From an uncultured Gammaproteobacteria bacterium (GTDB lineage Bacteria; Patescibacteriota; Patescibacteriia; Magasanikbacterales; UBA922), in NCBI GenBank assembly GCA_965231005.1, contig OZ246405.1, positions 231,204 to 295,203 of the forward strand: a stretch of DNA of 64,000 nt. The letters are read 5' to 3'. Both the position numbers and the translations under genes were made by a program. Positions 16,206-25,194 of the stretch are shown piece after piece; position 1 is the stretch's first letter, and every line of letters begins with the position of its first letter. The notes under the pieces were generated by a model. The model made no database searches and was not told the DNA's origin. It worked only from the letters and a program-made list of their open reading frames with translations.

Positions 16206-17714
16206 ATGCAAAACCCCAGTACTGTGACTGACTGCCCGAACGTGATTGATGGCAAAAAAATCAGAGGATCCTCTGATCGCGGAGTCACCCAGACCAACCC
16301 AGCTGACACTCGCATCAATGTGAGCCAGCGCTGGGACAGCACTCGTGAAGATGCGTTCGATGCTGTTGCAACAGCCGAAGGAGCTTTCCCTTTCTGGGCC
16401 GCAACTCCTGCACCTGCCCGCGCCGAGATCATTCGAAGAGCTACAGAACTGATGGCCGGAAAACTGCACGAGCTGTCCATGGCCATGGTCGCGGAAATCG
16501 GCAAGACGCGTGTAGGTGCGCGAAACGAAGTCAAGAAGACCATCAAGATCGGCAACTTCATGGCCGGACTCGGCAGTCAGCCTTCTGGCTACGTGGTCGA
16601 GCCGTGGCAGCCTGGCGTGAGCATGTACACGCGTCGCGTGCCGCTCGGCGTGGTCTGCCTGATCACTCCGTTCAACTTCCCGCTCGCTGTTTCCTGGTGG
16701 AAGATCGCCCCTGCCATCATCGCTGGCAACACAGTCGTGTGGAAGCCTTCGCCGTTCGCCCCGATCACATCGTGCATGATCATGGATCTGCTGACTGAGG
16801 CTGGCCTGCCGCCTGGTGTTGTCAACCTGGTTCACGGCGGTCCGGCTGTGGGAGAGGCCTTTGTCAAAAACCCGGCTGTGGAGGCAGTGTCGTTCACTGG
16901 TTCGACCAAGATCGGTCGCCAAATCGCTGTTGATGCGATCATGCGCGGGCTTGACCCGGGCAAGATCCTGTGCGAGATGGGTGGACAGAACGCTGTGGTC
17001 GTTCGGCCGAGCGCCAACCTCAATGCCGCTGCACAAGCCATTGTGGATGGTGCGTTCAAAGGCGAAGGCCAGCGCTGCACTGCAACCAGCCGTGCGATCA
17101 TCCATTCATCGGTGTACGAACAAATGCTGGGCCTGATCTCTGATAAGACCAGCACGCTGGTCGTTGGTCCTGGGACTGACCCGAAGAGTCAGGTCGGTCC
17201 TCTGGTCTGCAAGCATGCCCGCGATAGCGCGGTCAGCAAGATCGATGATGCTTTCATGAACGGCGGCATGGGAGTGCTCTGCGGTGGCAATAGGCTGACG
17301 GGAGACATTCACGAGCACGGCTGCTTCATGGAGCCAACCATTCTCACCGGCGATCCGACCAATCCCGACCACACCCTGTTTCACGAAGAAGTGTTCGGCC
17401 CTGTATTGGCCGTCTGCAGAGGTGACAACATGGACACCGTGCTGCGTCTCGTGAACAGCACCGACCACCGACACGTGGCTTCGATCTTCACCGGTGAACT
17501 GCGAGAAGCACTCGACTTCGTCGACGGCGCCAACGTGGGCATGGTGCATGTGAACAACTTCACGTTCGGCGGTGATGAGCACGCTGGCTTTGGCGGCCTG
17601 GGTGGAGCGACCAGCTTTGGTCCCAAGGAAATGGGCCCTGACTGCCTCGACTTCTTCACCCGACCCAAGACCGTGGACATCAACTACGGAGACGCACCCG
17701 CACCCGGGCGCTAA
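16206..17714 (+). CDS. NAD(P)-dependent aldehyde dehydrogenase family protein (high-GC islet)
   Basis: 502 aa. It has the ALDH motifs FTGSTKIGRQI and EMGGQNAVVV and the catalytic Cys in GQRCTA. The SD agggag lies 7 nt upstream. Its GC content is far above that of neighbouring genes. Confidence 0.85.
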   Translation: MQNPSTVTDCPNVIDGKKIRGSSDRGVTQTNPADTRINVSQRWDSTREDAFDAVATAEGAFPFWAATPAPARAEIIRRATELMAGKLHELSMAMVAEIGKTRVGARNEVKKTIKIGNFMAGLGSQPSGYVVEPWQPGVSMYTRRVPLGVVCLITPFNFPLAVSWWKIAPAIIAGNTVVWKPSPFAPITSCMIMDLLTEAGLPPGVVNLVHGGPAVGEAFVKNPAVEAVSFTGSTKIGRQIAVDAIMRGLDPGKILCEMGGQNAVVVRPSANLNAAAQAIVDGAFKGEGQRCTATSRAIIHSSVYEQMLGLISDKTSTLVVGPGTDPKSQVGPLVCKHARDSAVSKIDDAFMNGGMGVLCGGNRLTGDIHEHGCFMEPTILTGDPTNPDHTLFHEEVFGPVLAVCRGDNMDTVLRLVNSTDHRHVASIFTGELREALDFVDGANVGMVHVNNFTFGGDEHAGFGGLGGATSFGPKEMGPDCLDFFTRPKTVDINYGDAPAPGR

Positions 17715-17735
17715 ATCCTACAACACACCGTAGGT

Positions 17736-17778
17736 CCCCTCGATCCGATACGTCGTAAGACAACGTCGGGTCGAGGGG
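17736..17778 (+). terminator. Long GC-rich hairpin terminator after the aldehyde dehydrogenase gene
   Basis: cccctcgatccgatacgtcgtaagacaacgtcgggtcgagggg followed by ttctttattt. Confidence 0.6.
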
Positions 17779-17991
17779 TTCTTTATTTAAAAGCCATAAA
17801 TGCTTTAAATGCCTTAAAGTCTCTAAATGCTTTTCAGAATATTTTGTCAAAACTTTTTTTCTCTTAAAGCCTTTACGTCTTTTTGTGACTCTGTTAAACT
17901 GAGCTCATTAAATAAGCCTATAATCCTTGCACAACGCCAAAGACTGCCTCTATGGCATTTTGAGCCTTTAAAGCCTTTACGGCCTTTTCAT

Positions 17992-19068
17992 ATGTTATCA
18001 ATCGGAATAGTTGGTCTGCCAAATGTGGGAAAATCAACATTATTTAATGCACTGACCCGCAGTAAGCAAGCTGACGCACAAAATTATCCGTTCTGCACCA
18101 TCGAACCAAACGTTGGTGTTGTTGAGGTTCCTGATAGTCGTTTGCAACAGTTGTCTGATGTTTCAAATTCAACAAAAATTATTCCAACAGCAATTGAATT
18201 TATTGATATTGCTGGAATTGTAAAAGGTGCATCTGAAGGAGAAGGGCTTGGAAACAAATTTCTGTCTCATATTCGAGAAGCCGATGCTATTGCACAGGTT
18301 GTCCGTGCATTTACAGACAGCAACATTACGCATGTTCATAATAATGTAAATCCTACAAACGATGCTGATGTGATAAATCTTGAACTTGTTATGGCTGACT
18401 GGCAAACAGTAAGTAAACGTCTTTCAAATGTAAAATCAAAAGCAAAAGGGATTGCAGCAAAAGAATTAGCAGGTGAACTTGCACTACTTGAAAAGGTAAG
18501 TTCACATTTGGAAGCCGGACATCCTGCAAGAACATTGGAATATACTGATGATGAACAAATGATAATGAGAGATCTTCATTTACTTACAATGAAGCCAATG
18601 ATGTACATTGTAAACATGGATGAAATGCCATCTGAAGATCAACAAAAAACAATTATTGAAGAAGGTGTTCCTCACGTGTACATTTCTGCCAAGCTGGAAG
18701 CTGAACTTGTTGACCTTTCTGAAGAAGAAGCAAAAGAATATATGAAAGAGCTAGGAATGGATCAAACAGGACTTGATAAAATCATTTTAGCTGGATACAA
18801 ACTATTAGACCTGATTACATTTCTTACATCAGGAGAACTTGAAACGCGTGCATGGACATGCAAGGCTGGAACACTGGGTCCAGATGCTGCTGGTGTGATT
18901 CACACAGATTTTATAAAAGGATTTATCAAAGCTGATGTTGCCAACTGGGAAGATTTTGTGGAATTAAAAGGTTGGCCTGGTGTCAAAGAATCTGGTAAGA
19001 TGAAATTAGTCGGAAAGGACTATGAAGTGCAAGACGGTGATGTCTGCTACTTCCATGTTTCAACATAA
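17992..19068 (+). CDS. ychF: ribosome-binding ATPase YchF (Obg-family GTPase)
   Basis: MLSIGIVGLPNVGKSTLFNALT has the P-loop, and the C-terminal TGS domain is present. The ORF track start at 17827 was trimmed to ATG 17992. Confidence 0.9.
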   Translation: MLSIGIVGLPNVGKSTLFNALTRSKQADAQNYPFCTIEPNVGVVEVPDSRLQQLSDVSNSTKIIPTAIEFIDIAGIVKGASEGEGLGNKFLSHIREADAIAQVVRAFTDSNITHVHNNVNPTNDADVINLELVMADWQTVSKRLSNVKSKAKGIAAKELAGELALLEKVSSHLEAGHPARTLEYTDDEQMIMRDLHLLTMKPMMYIVNMDEMPSEDQQKTIIEEGVPHVYISAKLEAELVDLSEEEAKEYMKELGMDQTGLDKIILAGYKLLDLITFLTSGELETRAWTCKAGTLGPDAAGVIHTDFIKGFIKADVANWEDFVELKGWPGVKESGKMKLVGKDYEVQDGDVCYFHVST

Positions 19069-19078
19069 TTAAAATAAT

Positions 19079-19975
19079 ATGCATGGTGAACACCGAGACG
19101 CTAAGCGCGAACATTTAAAGGAGTTAGCCGGTCGTTGGGAAAAACGATTTGATGATGCTATCGACGCAATCCAAGAAAATGATGAGGCAACATTTGATGA
19201 CCTCATTGGTGCTATTTGGGAAAAAGGAATGTTAGGAAGAATTGCTCCTGAAGATCCTCAAGAAGCAAATGCAAGAAAAGATCTTGGAAAAACTGTTTGG
19301 GAAGGAAAAAAAGGAAGAGATGATGAAGACCTGTATTGGAGTATTATTTATTGCTTGAGAAGTCAAGAATTATCCATGAAAGCAAGGGATACTATCGCAG
19401 CAGCAGATTATACAGGTGGTGGAATGAGTGCAGTTTATCAATTCACTCGTAACAATGAAAAACAAAGACAGCTATTTGGAGATAAAAGTTTTGAAGATAT
19501 TTTTCTTTCAGTGGGTGCTGCGATAACAGAAAAAGCAAAAGGAGAAATTACACGTCTTGGTGGAACACCTCCAACATCGTTTGTTGAGCTCGGAGCTCAA
19601 GGAACAGTAAATGGTATTGATGTTATTGTTGAGCGATATACTGGCGAGGGGAAATTATCTCTTAAAGCACGAAATTTCGAAGATCATGCAGCATTATATG
19701 AAATAACTCCTATTAGTGCGTCAAAACTTAATCCTGAAGAATTCAAAGTCCCATCAGTTCATGTTACTGAAGAGGTTGACCTTTCTGACAGAGGAAAACT
19801 GTTTCAAGGAATGAGAACAATGCTTGGAAAGTTGCCAGAAGGAGTGCGACCACAATTATTTGATGCCAGCCCAAAGTACTTTGAAGCAACAAAACCTTTT
19901 GAAGGAAAAAAAGTAAATATATCAATAACATTTACACAAGAGGATGGTGTGAGTTTTCAAGTTGAAGAAATTTAA
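19079..19975 (+). CDS. hypothetical protein, co-transcribed with ychF
   Basis: 298 aa starting 10 nt after the ychF stop, with no recognisable motif. Confidence 0.5.
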   Translation: MHGEHRDAKREHLKELAGRWEKRFDDAIDAIQENDEATFDDLIGAIWEKGMLGRIAPEDPQEANARKDLGKTVWEGKKGRDDEDLYWSIIYCLRSQELSMKARDTIAAADYTGGGMSAVYQFTRNNEKQRQLFGDKSFEDIFLSVGAAITEKAKGEITRLGGTPPTSFVELGAQGTVNGIDVIVERYTGEGKLSLKARNFEDHAALYEITPISASKLNPEEFKVPSVHVTEEVDLSDRGKLFQGMRTMLGKLPEGVRPQLFDASPKYFEATKPFEGKKVNISITFTQEDGVSFQVEEI

Positions 19976-20096
19976 AATCTTTAAAACAAAAAAAGGCCGA
20001 AAGGCTTTTTTTTGATGCTATTTTCACTTTTGTTTAATAATGACCAAATAAATGCACAATTATTGACATAAAAATGAGCATCGATATAATAAAAAT

Positions 20097-20315
20097 ATGA
20101 AATATAAAAAAGAAAAACAATTTAATGCTGTCATTTGGAAAGAAAAAGGTGGGTATGTTTCTGTTTGTCAAAATAACGATGTTGCAAGCCAAGGGAAGAC
20201 AGTACTATCAGCTGTAAAAAATCTGCAAGAAGCATTGGAACTTTATTATGAGGAAGACTGCATAAAGGCAATAATTACATACAAAATTGTTAAGCAGCAA
20301 CTTGCATTAACGTAA
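20097..20315 (+). CDS. hicB: HicB-family antitoxin (UPF0150)
   Basis: 72 aa; KEKGGYVSVCQNNDVASQGKTVLSAVKNLQEALELYYEE matches the HicB short-form pattern. Confidence 0.65.
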   Translation: MKYKKEKQFNAVIWKEKGGYVSVCQNNDVASQGKTVLSAVKNLQEALELYYEEDCIKAIITYKIVKQQLALT

Positions 20316-20322
20316 AGAGGGC

Positions 20323-20550
20323 ATGCCACCACAATATACAAGGAGGGACGTTGTTAAAGTCCTACAAAAAGTAGGTTTTATTTTTGTATCGCAAAAAGGA
20401 AGTCATATGAAGTTTCAGATAGTAATAAATAACAAGAAATACACAACAATTGTTCCAAATAAAAAAACAATCCGTTATGGAACGTTTCGCAAAATTCTTA
20501 AACAGGCAAATCTAACCGAACAAAAATTTATTGAACTACTTAATCTCTAA
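20323..20550 (+). CDS. hicA: HicA-family mRNA interferase toxin
   Basis: 75 aa; VVKVLQKVGFIFVSQKGSHMKF...RYGTFRKILKQANL matches the HicA/YcfA pattern. It starts 8 nt after hicB. Confidence 0.65.
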   Translation: MPPQYTRRDVVKVLQKVGFIFVSQKGSHMKFQIVINNKKYTTIVPNKKTIRYGTFRKILKQANLTEQKFIELLNL

Positions 20551-20557
20551 AATACTT

Positions 20558-21274
20558 TTAATAAAATTTTTCAACCAACTGTCCAACAAAAAATCCAATT
20601 GCCCCAGCAACACTTGCAAGCGCTAACATTTCAAATCCAGCTTTCACCCAACTACGTTTTGAAAACTTTGTTGTAATTGCACCAACAATAAACAATGCAA
20701 AAAGTGTTAATGGAATTGATACAGCAAGTGCAGTTTGAACTGGAAGAAAAAAATAAGATGAGAGTGGAATAATCCCCCCAACAATGTATGCAGCCCACAT
20801 TGCAACAGCATTCTTTTTAGGGGACTCTAAATTGTCTGGAAATACTTTTAATTCTCTGTACGCCATTTCTCGCAATAATAAATCTTCATCTTTTGCAGCA
20901 GTGTCTGCCATTTGTTTTGCCAAGGTTTTTGGCCAACCATCTTCTACAAACAATCCAAACATTTCTTTCCGTTCATGCTCAATGTGTTCAACTACTTCAC
21001 TTTTTTCTTCTTCAAGTTTTCTTTCGTCAATTGCGCGTTCAGACTTAGAAGAAAGAAATGAACCAACCCCCATTGAAACTGATTCAACAGAAATAATAAC
21101 AATGCCTGACAGGAGCACAAAAAATGGATCGTGCGTTGCCGCAGCAATTCCAGTGATTGCACCAAAGGTTGAAACGATCCCATCTTCAATTCCAAATACT
21201 GCCTCACGAATTATTGCAGTTGAAACGCTTTGCTGATGATGAATAAAATCTTTTCTATTATGATGATACATCAT
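20558..21274 (-). CDS. VIT1/CCC1-family (DUF125) iron/manganese transporter-like membrane protein
   Basis: FGIEDGIVSTFGAITGIAAAT plus C-terminal TM helices. The start is at the ATG at 21274 (MMYHH), which has the SD gagagagg. Confidence 0.7.
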   Translation of the reverse strand: MMYHHNRKDFIHHQQSVSTAIIREAVFGIEDGIVSTFGAITGIAAATHDPFFVLLSGIVIISVESVSMGVGSFLSSKSERAIDERKLEEEKSEVVEHIEHERKEMFGLFVEDGWPKTLAKQMADTAAKDEDLLLREMAYRELKVFPDNLESPKKNAVAMWAAYIVGGIIPLSSYFFLPVQTALAVSIPLTLFALFIVGAITTKFSKRSWVKAGFEMLALASVAGAIGFFVGQLVEKFY

Positions 21275-21313
21275 AGTACCCAAAACCTCTCTCAAAGAAG
21301 AGAGGTTTATGTA

Positions 21314-24300
21314 TTATTGTGGTGGTTTAGGACCATTGTTTCCTCCCGGACCCGGACCTCCTGGTGGAGGACCTCCTCCTGAAGGTGGGCCTGAGATTTG
21401 CGGTGGTGGAGGCGTGAAATTGCCACTAGATTGTGGTGGCTTGTCACCGCCTGAAGGTGGCTTTGGCGGCTGACGATCTCCTCCTGAAAATGAAGGTGGT
21501 TTTGGTTGTGAAGGTTGTGGAGCAGGTCTTACATTATCTGGACGTTCGTTCGGAACAAACTTTGGCGGCTGTGGAAGATCCTGCGGTCTGTCAGGCTTAG
21601 AAATATTCGGCCGAGGCTGTGACCGTTCATTTTTCTTGAATTCCTCTTTCCGCTTGTCACGTGGATCGACCGAAGGGAAATCTTTACGTGATTCCTCATG
21701 TTTAAATTCTTCACGACGCTCTTCTCTCTTAAAATCTGGTTTTCGCTCCTCACGAAAATCATCCTTTTTATCATCAAAACGAACCTTCCGTTCTTCTTTG
21801 ATTTCAATTCTTCCATCTTTTTCACGGACTTCTTTTTTGAATTCCTCTTTTTTTACATCACGTGGATTAAATGACGGACGATCCTTTCGTGAATCTTCGA
21901 GATGTTCACGAATAAATCGAGTGTCTGGTTTTGGAGGGGATGGAATAATATTTTTTGGATGTTCGTCATTGAAATGCTCAAATTCTTCTTTCCGCTCTTC
22001 TCGCTTTTCTTCATTAAATTTGCGAATTTTATTTATATCATCTCCATTTGGTGGACGAAAGTCACCACGGACAGGTGCAATTCTGTTTACATCATCACTA
22101 TCAAACTTTGGTGGACCTAAATCACGATCAAAAACTTTTTTAAAGAATCCTCTATCACCGTTTGGTTCAGGTCGATCATGATCAAATGTTGGTCTTTCAA
22201 AGTTGCCATCTCTTTCTCCTGGAAATGGAGGACGACCTCTATCAAAATCTTCATCACCATCATGGTCATCACCAAATTCTTCTCTCATTTTTCTTTCAAA
22301 CTCTTCCCGTTCTTTTTCAAGATCTTCACGATGTCTTCTATCTGAAAATTCATCTAATTCTCTACTTAGTTCAAAGAACACATCGACTTCATGTTCATTT
22401 CTTCTATCAAATTCTAATTTTTGTTGGAAACGTTTTGATTCTTCATTTCTACAACGCTCGTCACAGAAAGGATTATTGTTTAAGAGATCTCCAAAAATCT
22501 GTTGACGTTTTTTATGTGTTCGTTCTTGGAACTCAGAACGTCGATTGTTTAACTCTTGTTTTAACCCTTCAACATCTTCTCCTGCTTCAATCGCTGCATC
22601 AATTTTATTTTTAATTTCTTCTTCAAGTCGTTGCCGTTCTTGTTCATTGTCACGACGAAACTGCTCACCAAAGTCATCTTGTTGGCGGAAGAAATTTATT
22701 TTTGAATTAAATGCTTGACCAACATTTCCCTGACGTCTTTCTAATTCACGAAGTGCTCCATCATCAAGACCTTCAAACTTCTTTTGAAAATGAGCAAAAA
22801 TTTCAGGGTCATCGATCTCTCTTATATTTTCAAAAACATGTTCTGATTGCTTTTTAATAGCTTGATCAAAAAATCGTTCAAATCCTGGAGGTGGCCCATG
22901 TCCAAACGGTGGAGGACCAAATCCGTCAGGACCAATTCCTGGAGGACCGTCTTCAAATGGGTGTGGTCCAAAGAATTCATCTGGATTTTCTGCAAAATCA
23001 AATTGCAATTTTTTAAATATTTCAATGTCTTCTGGATTGTTAGAAGCAATTTCATCAAAAAACTTTTCTCCTTGTTCACGTGCTTTTGCAGCAAACTGCT
23101 GTTTTGCTTCTTTTTCCATTCGTTCAATAAACTCACGCTTGGAAGGATCTGACAAGACTTTTTCTTCTAATTGTTGTAAAAGTCTAAATGTTGTTGGATC
23201 TGGATTTTCTGCCATCTTTTTTGAAAGACGACGAAATTCTTCTGCATCTTCATTTGCATCTGGGAATGCTGCTTTAAATTTATCAATGGATGCTTCATGT
23301 TGCTTTTCCATTTCTGCTTGTAATTCTGTGTCATCAAATTGTACACGATTACGCATTTCCTCCATGACACGAACTTTAATCACATCCCCATCATTTTCAC
23401 GAATATGATCGAACGCTCGTTGTTGCATTCGCTTTCGGAACCCTTGATCAAATCCATCTTCTTCAAATGATTCAAACTTATTTTGAAAACGGCGAGCTGC
23501 AATATCTTTTGCTTGTTCTAATTTTTCACGAATATCATCTGGAACATCATCGAACTGTTTTAATCGATCAAAAATTTCCATGTGACGTGTTTCGTCTCCC
23601 TCCATATTATGAGCGTATTTTTCAAATCGCTCTGCACGCTCTCTTGGACTCATTCGTTCTGCTGAATGTGCAAATCGCTTAAATGCATTGTCTTGTGCTC
23701 GTCGAATTGCTTCACGCGCTTGTTGTGGAACCGCATCTTCAAGTCTTGTAAGCACTTCGACATTTCTCATTTCTTTAAAGTCACTTCCTGGCTGTCTTTG
23801 AAGCACACGATCCATACGTGCAACAAGTGCGTTTTCATCATCAACTTTTGAAATAAGCTCTCCAACATGTCCTGCAGCTCGTTTTTTTACTTCTTGAATT
23901 TTTTCTAATGCTTGCCCTGCTTCACTTTTTGAAGCAAATTTAAGAATTCTTTTTTCAACATGAGCAAGAACCTTTTGTTGTTTGATTTGTTTATCTAAAA
24001 CATCATCTAATAATTTGTCAGCTCCTTGGTCACCACCTTGTCTTTTTTCTTGAATTTTTTTAGCTGCTCTATTAATATCTTTTAGTTTTCCTTCAAACTT
24101 TTCAAATGCTTTTGCTGCGGCACGAGCTGCACCAGGATCATCTGCATGTTCCTCAATAAGTTCACGTGCGTCTGCAAGTTCTTGGGTTGCATGTTTTAAT
24201 TTTAATTCTGCTTTTTTTACTGAGTCAAAAGTAAAGGCCTCTTTAAATCCACGTTGCAAACGCTTTAAAGAATAAAAAGGACTGTCCGGTAAGACAGTCG

Positions 24301-24607
24301 ATTCCTCTGCGCCTAAATCTTCGTCACTTACTGCTTCATCTGCATCTACATCTGCTGATGTTGCTTCTTCAACAGATGCTTGTGCTCCAGTAGAAGGAGT
24401 TGCTGAAGAATTTGTTTCGTCTGCAGAAGCCTCAGATGTTGTTTCTGAAGTTTGTGCAGAAGAATCATCAGATTGTGCAAGAGCTGGAACAGACAACAAA
24501 AAAACAGCAGTAAAAATGCTGATTATTATTAATAAGTATGCTTTCTTGTTAAAGAGACCAAATAAAATACGTGACTTTGCGCTCAAAGGCGGAGTTGCAG
24601 ATTGCAT
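21314..24607 (-). CDS. Very large (1098 aa) low-complexity, highly charged secreted/anchored protein with Pro/Gly-rich C-terminus
   Basis: The start is at ATG 24607 (MQSATPPLSAKSRILFGLFNKKAYLLIIISIFTAVFLLSVPALA). Long E/K/R/D/F-rich repetitive segments (KEEFKKEVREKDGRIEIKEERKVRFDDKKDDFREERK...) are followed by a PPxGG-rich tail. Confidence 0.65.
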   Translation of the reverse strand: MQSATPPLSAKSRILFGLFNKKAYLLIIISIFTAVFLLSVPALAQSDDSSAQTSETTSEASADETNSSATPSTGAQASVEEATSADVDADEAVSDEDLGAEESTVLPDSPFYSLKRLQRGFKEAFTFDSVKKAELKLKHATQELADARELIEEHADDPGAARAAAKAFEKFEGKLKDINRAAKKIQEKRQGGDQGADKLLDDVLDKQIKQQKVLAHVEKRILKFASKSEAGQALEKIQEVKKRAAGHVGELISKVDDENALVARMDRVLQRQPGSDFKEMRNVEVLTRLEDAVPQQAREAIRRAQDNAFKRFAHSAERMSPRERAERFEKYAHNMEGDETRHMEIFDRLKQFDDVPDDIREKLEQAKDIAARRFQNKFESFEEDGFDQGFRKRMQQRAFDHIRENDGDVIKVRVMEEMRNRVQFDDTELQAEMEKQHEASIDKFKAAFPDANEDAEEFRRLSKKMAENPDPTTFRLLQQLEEKVLSDPSKREFIERMEKEAKQQFAAKAREQGEKFFDEIASNNPEDIEIFKKLQFDFAENPDEFFGPHPFEDGPPGIGPDGFGPPPFGHGPPPGFERFFDQAIKKQSEHVFENIREIDDPEIFAHFQKKFEGLDDGALRELERRQGNVGQAFNSKINFFRQQDDFGEQFRRDNEQERQRLEEEIKNKIDAAIEAGEDVEGLKQELNNRRSEFQERTHKKRQQIFGDLLNNNPFCDERCRNEESKRFQQKLEFDRRNEHEVDVFFELSRELDEFSDRRHREDLEKEREEFERKMREEFGDDHDGDEDFDRGRPPFPGERDGNFERPTFDHDRPEPNGDRGFFKKVFDRDLGPPKFDSDDVNRIAPVRGDFRPPNGDDINKIRKFNEEKREERKEEFEHFNDEHPKNIIPSPPKPDTRFIREHLEDSRKDRPSFNPRDVKKEEFKKEVREKDGRIEIKEERKVRFDDKKDDFREERKPDFKREERREEFKHEESRKDFPSVDPRDKRKEEFKKNERSQPRPNISKPDRPQDLPQPPKFVPNERPDNVRPAPQPSQPKPPSFSGGDRQPPKPPSGGDKPPQSSGNFTPPPPQISGPPSGGGPPPGGPGPGGNNGPKPPQ

Positions 24608-24848
24608 ATGTTTATTTTTATGTTTATTTTTTCTCACCGATGCGAGATTTTCAGTATATTTTGTACTTAAAAACCTTTTTTTGACACGGTGAGTACTTGT
24701 ATTATAGCACATTTTTGGGTGTTTGTCAAGCCCTCTGGCTACAAATTGTATACACTAGTGTAGACAAATATTCGTTTTAGGAACAAACCTTGATTTATCA
24801 CGGCCTACATGATAATGTCCAAGCACAAAACCAACAAGGGGGTTTAGC

Positions 24849-25106
24849 ATGGGACTTAAAATCGTTGTGAACGACATTCTGCTCAACCAGGAAGCGCAAG
24901 GCACAAGGAAGTGCAAAGGCATGCCCAAGTGTTCCGAGTCGACAACATACGGAATGGTCGCTTCCTTCACTGGCACGGACAATGTTGGACCGTTCGCCGG
25001 CACCAAGGTGACGGAGCATTGTTGCAGCAAAACGACCTGCAAAAACGTGGCTGGACAGAAGGCGGCAGATGCTCTCGGGAGGATCGCGAAAAGCTGTGTG
25101 AAGTAG
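24849..25106 (+). CDS. small Cys-rich protein (85 aa), high-GC islet
   Basis: MGLKIVVNDILLNQEAQGTRKCKGMPKCSES...HCCSKTTCKNV...KSCVK has 7 Cys. A strong SD aagggggt lies 6 nt upstream, and its own hairpin terminator is at 25129-25185. Confidence 0.6.
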   Translation: MGLKIVVNDILLNQEAQGTRKCKGMPKCSESTTYGMVASFTGTDNVGPFAGTKVTEHCCSKTTCKNVAGQKAADALGRIAKSCVK

Positions 25107-25128
25107 TCGACAAGATCATGCTCAAAAA

Positions 25129-25185
25129 AACCTCCTCACTGACGCGTCGCACAGACAAGTCGGTGAGGAGGTTTCTCTATTTTTA
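25129..25185 (+). terminator. Rho-independent terminator
   Basis: aacctcctcac...gtgaggaggtt followed by tctctattttt. Confidence 0.65.
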
Positions 25186-25194
25186 AAAGCCTTT

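Noticed and set aside
16161-17105. 314-aa minus-strand ORF (and others at 16151-17683) overlapping the aldehyde dehydrogenase gene
   Set aside because: It is antisense to a gene with complete ALDH catalytic motifs. Long spurious ORFs are expected on the opposite strand of high-GC DNA. It has no SD and its composition is Arg/Ala/Ser-rich.
6181-17988. CRISPR array interpretation of the short intergenic repeats (CCTTTA phased repeats; 14-bp AT tandem)
   Set aside because: The units are 10-14 bp with no unique spacers of 25-40 bp between them, and no cas genes are present. They fit curved-DNA or regulatory repeats instead.
17827-17991. N-terminal 55-aa extension of ychF in the ORF track
   Set aside because: The extension covers the CCTTTA repeat array and has no SD. 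The conserved YchF N-terminus begins at MLSIGIVGLPNVGKS (ATG 17992).
21529-23851. Many 60-180-aa ORFs on both strands inside the 1098-aa low-complexity gene
   Set aside because: They are generated by the repetitive GAA/AAG/TTC-rich coding sequence. None has an SD, and they overlap one long continuous frame with a signal peptide.
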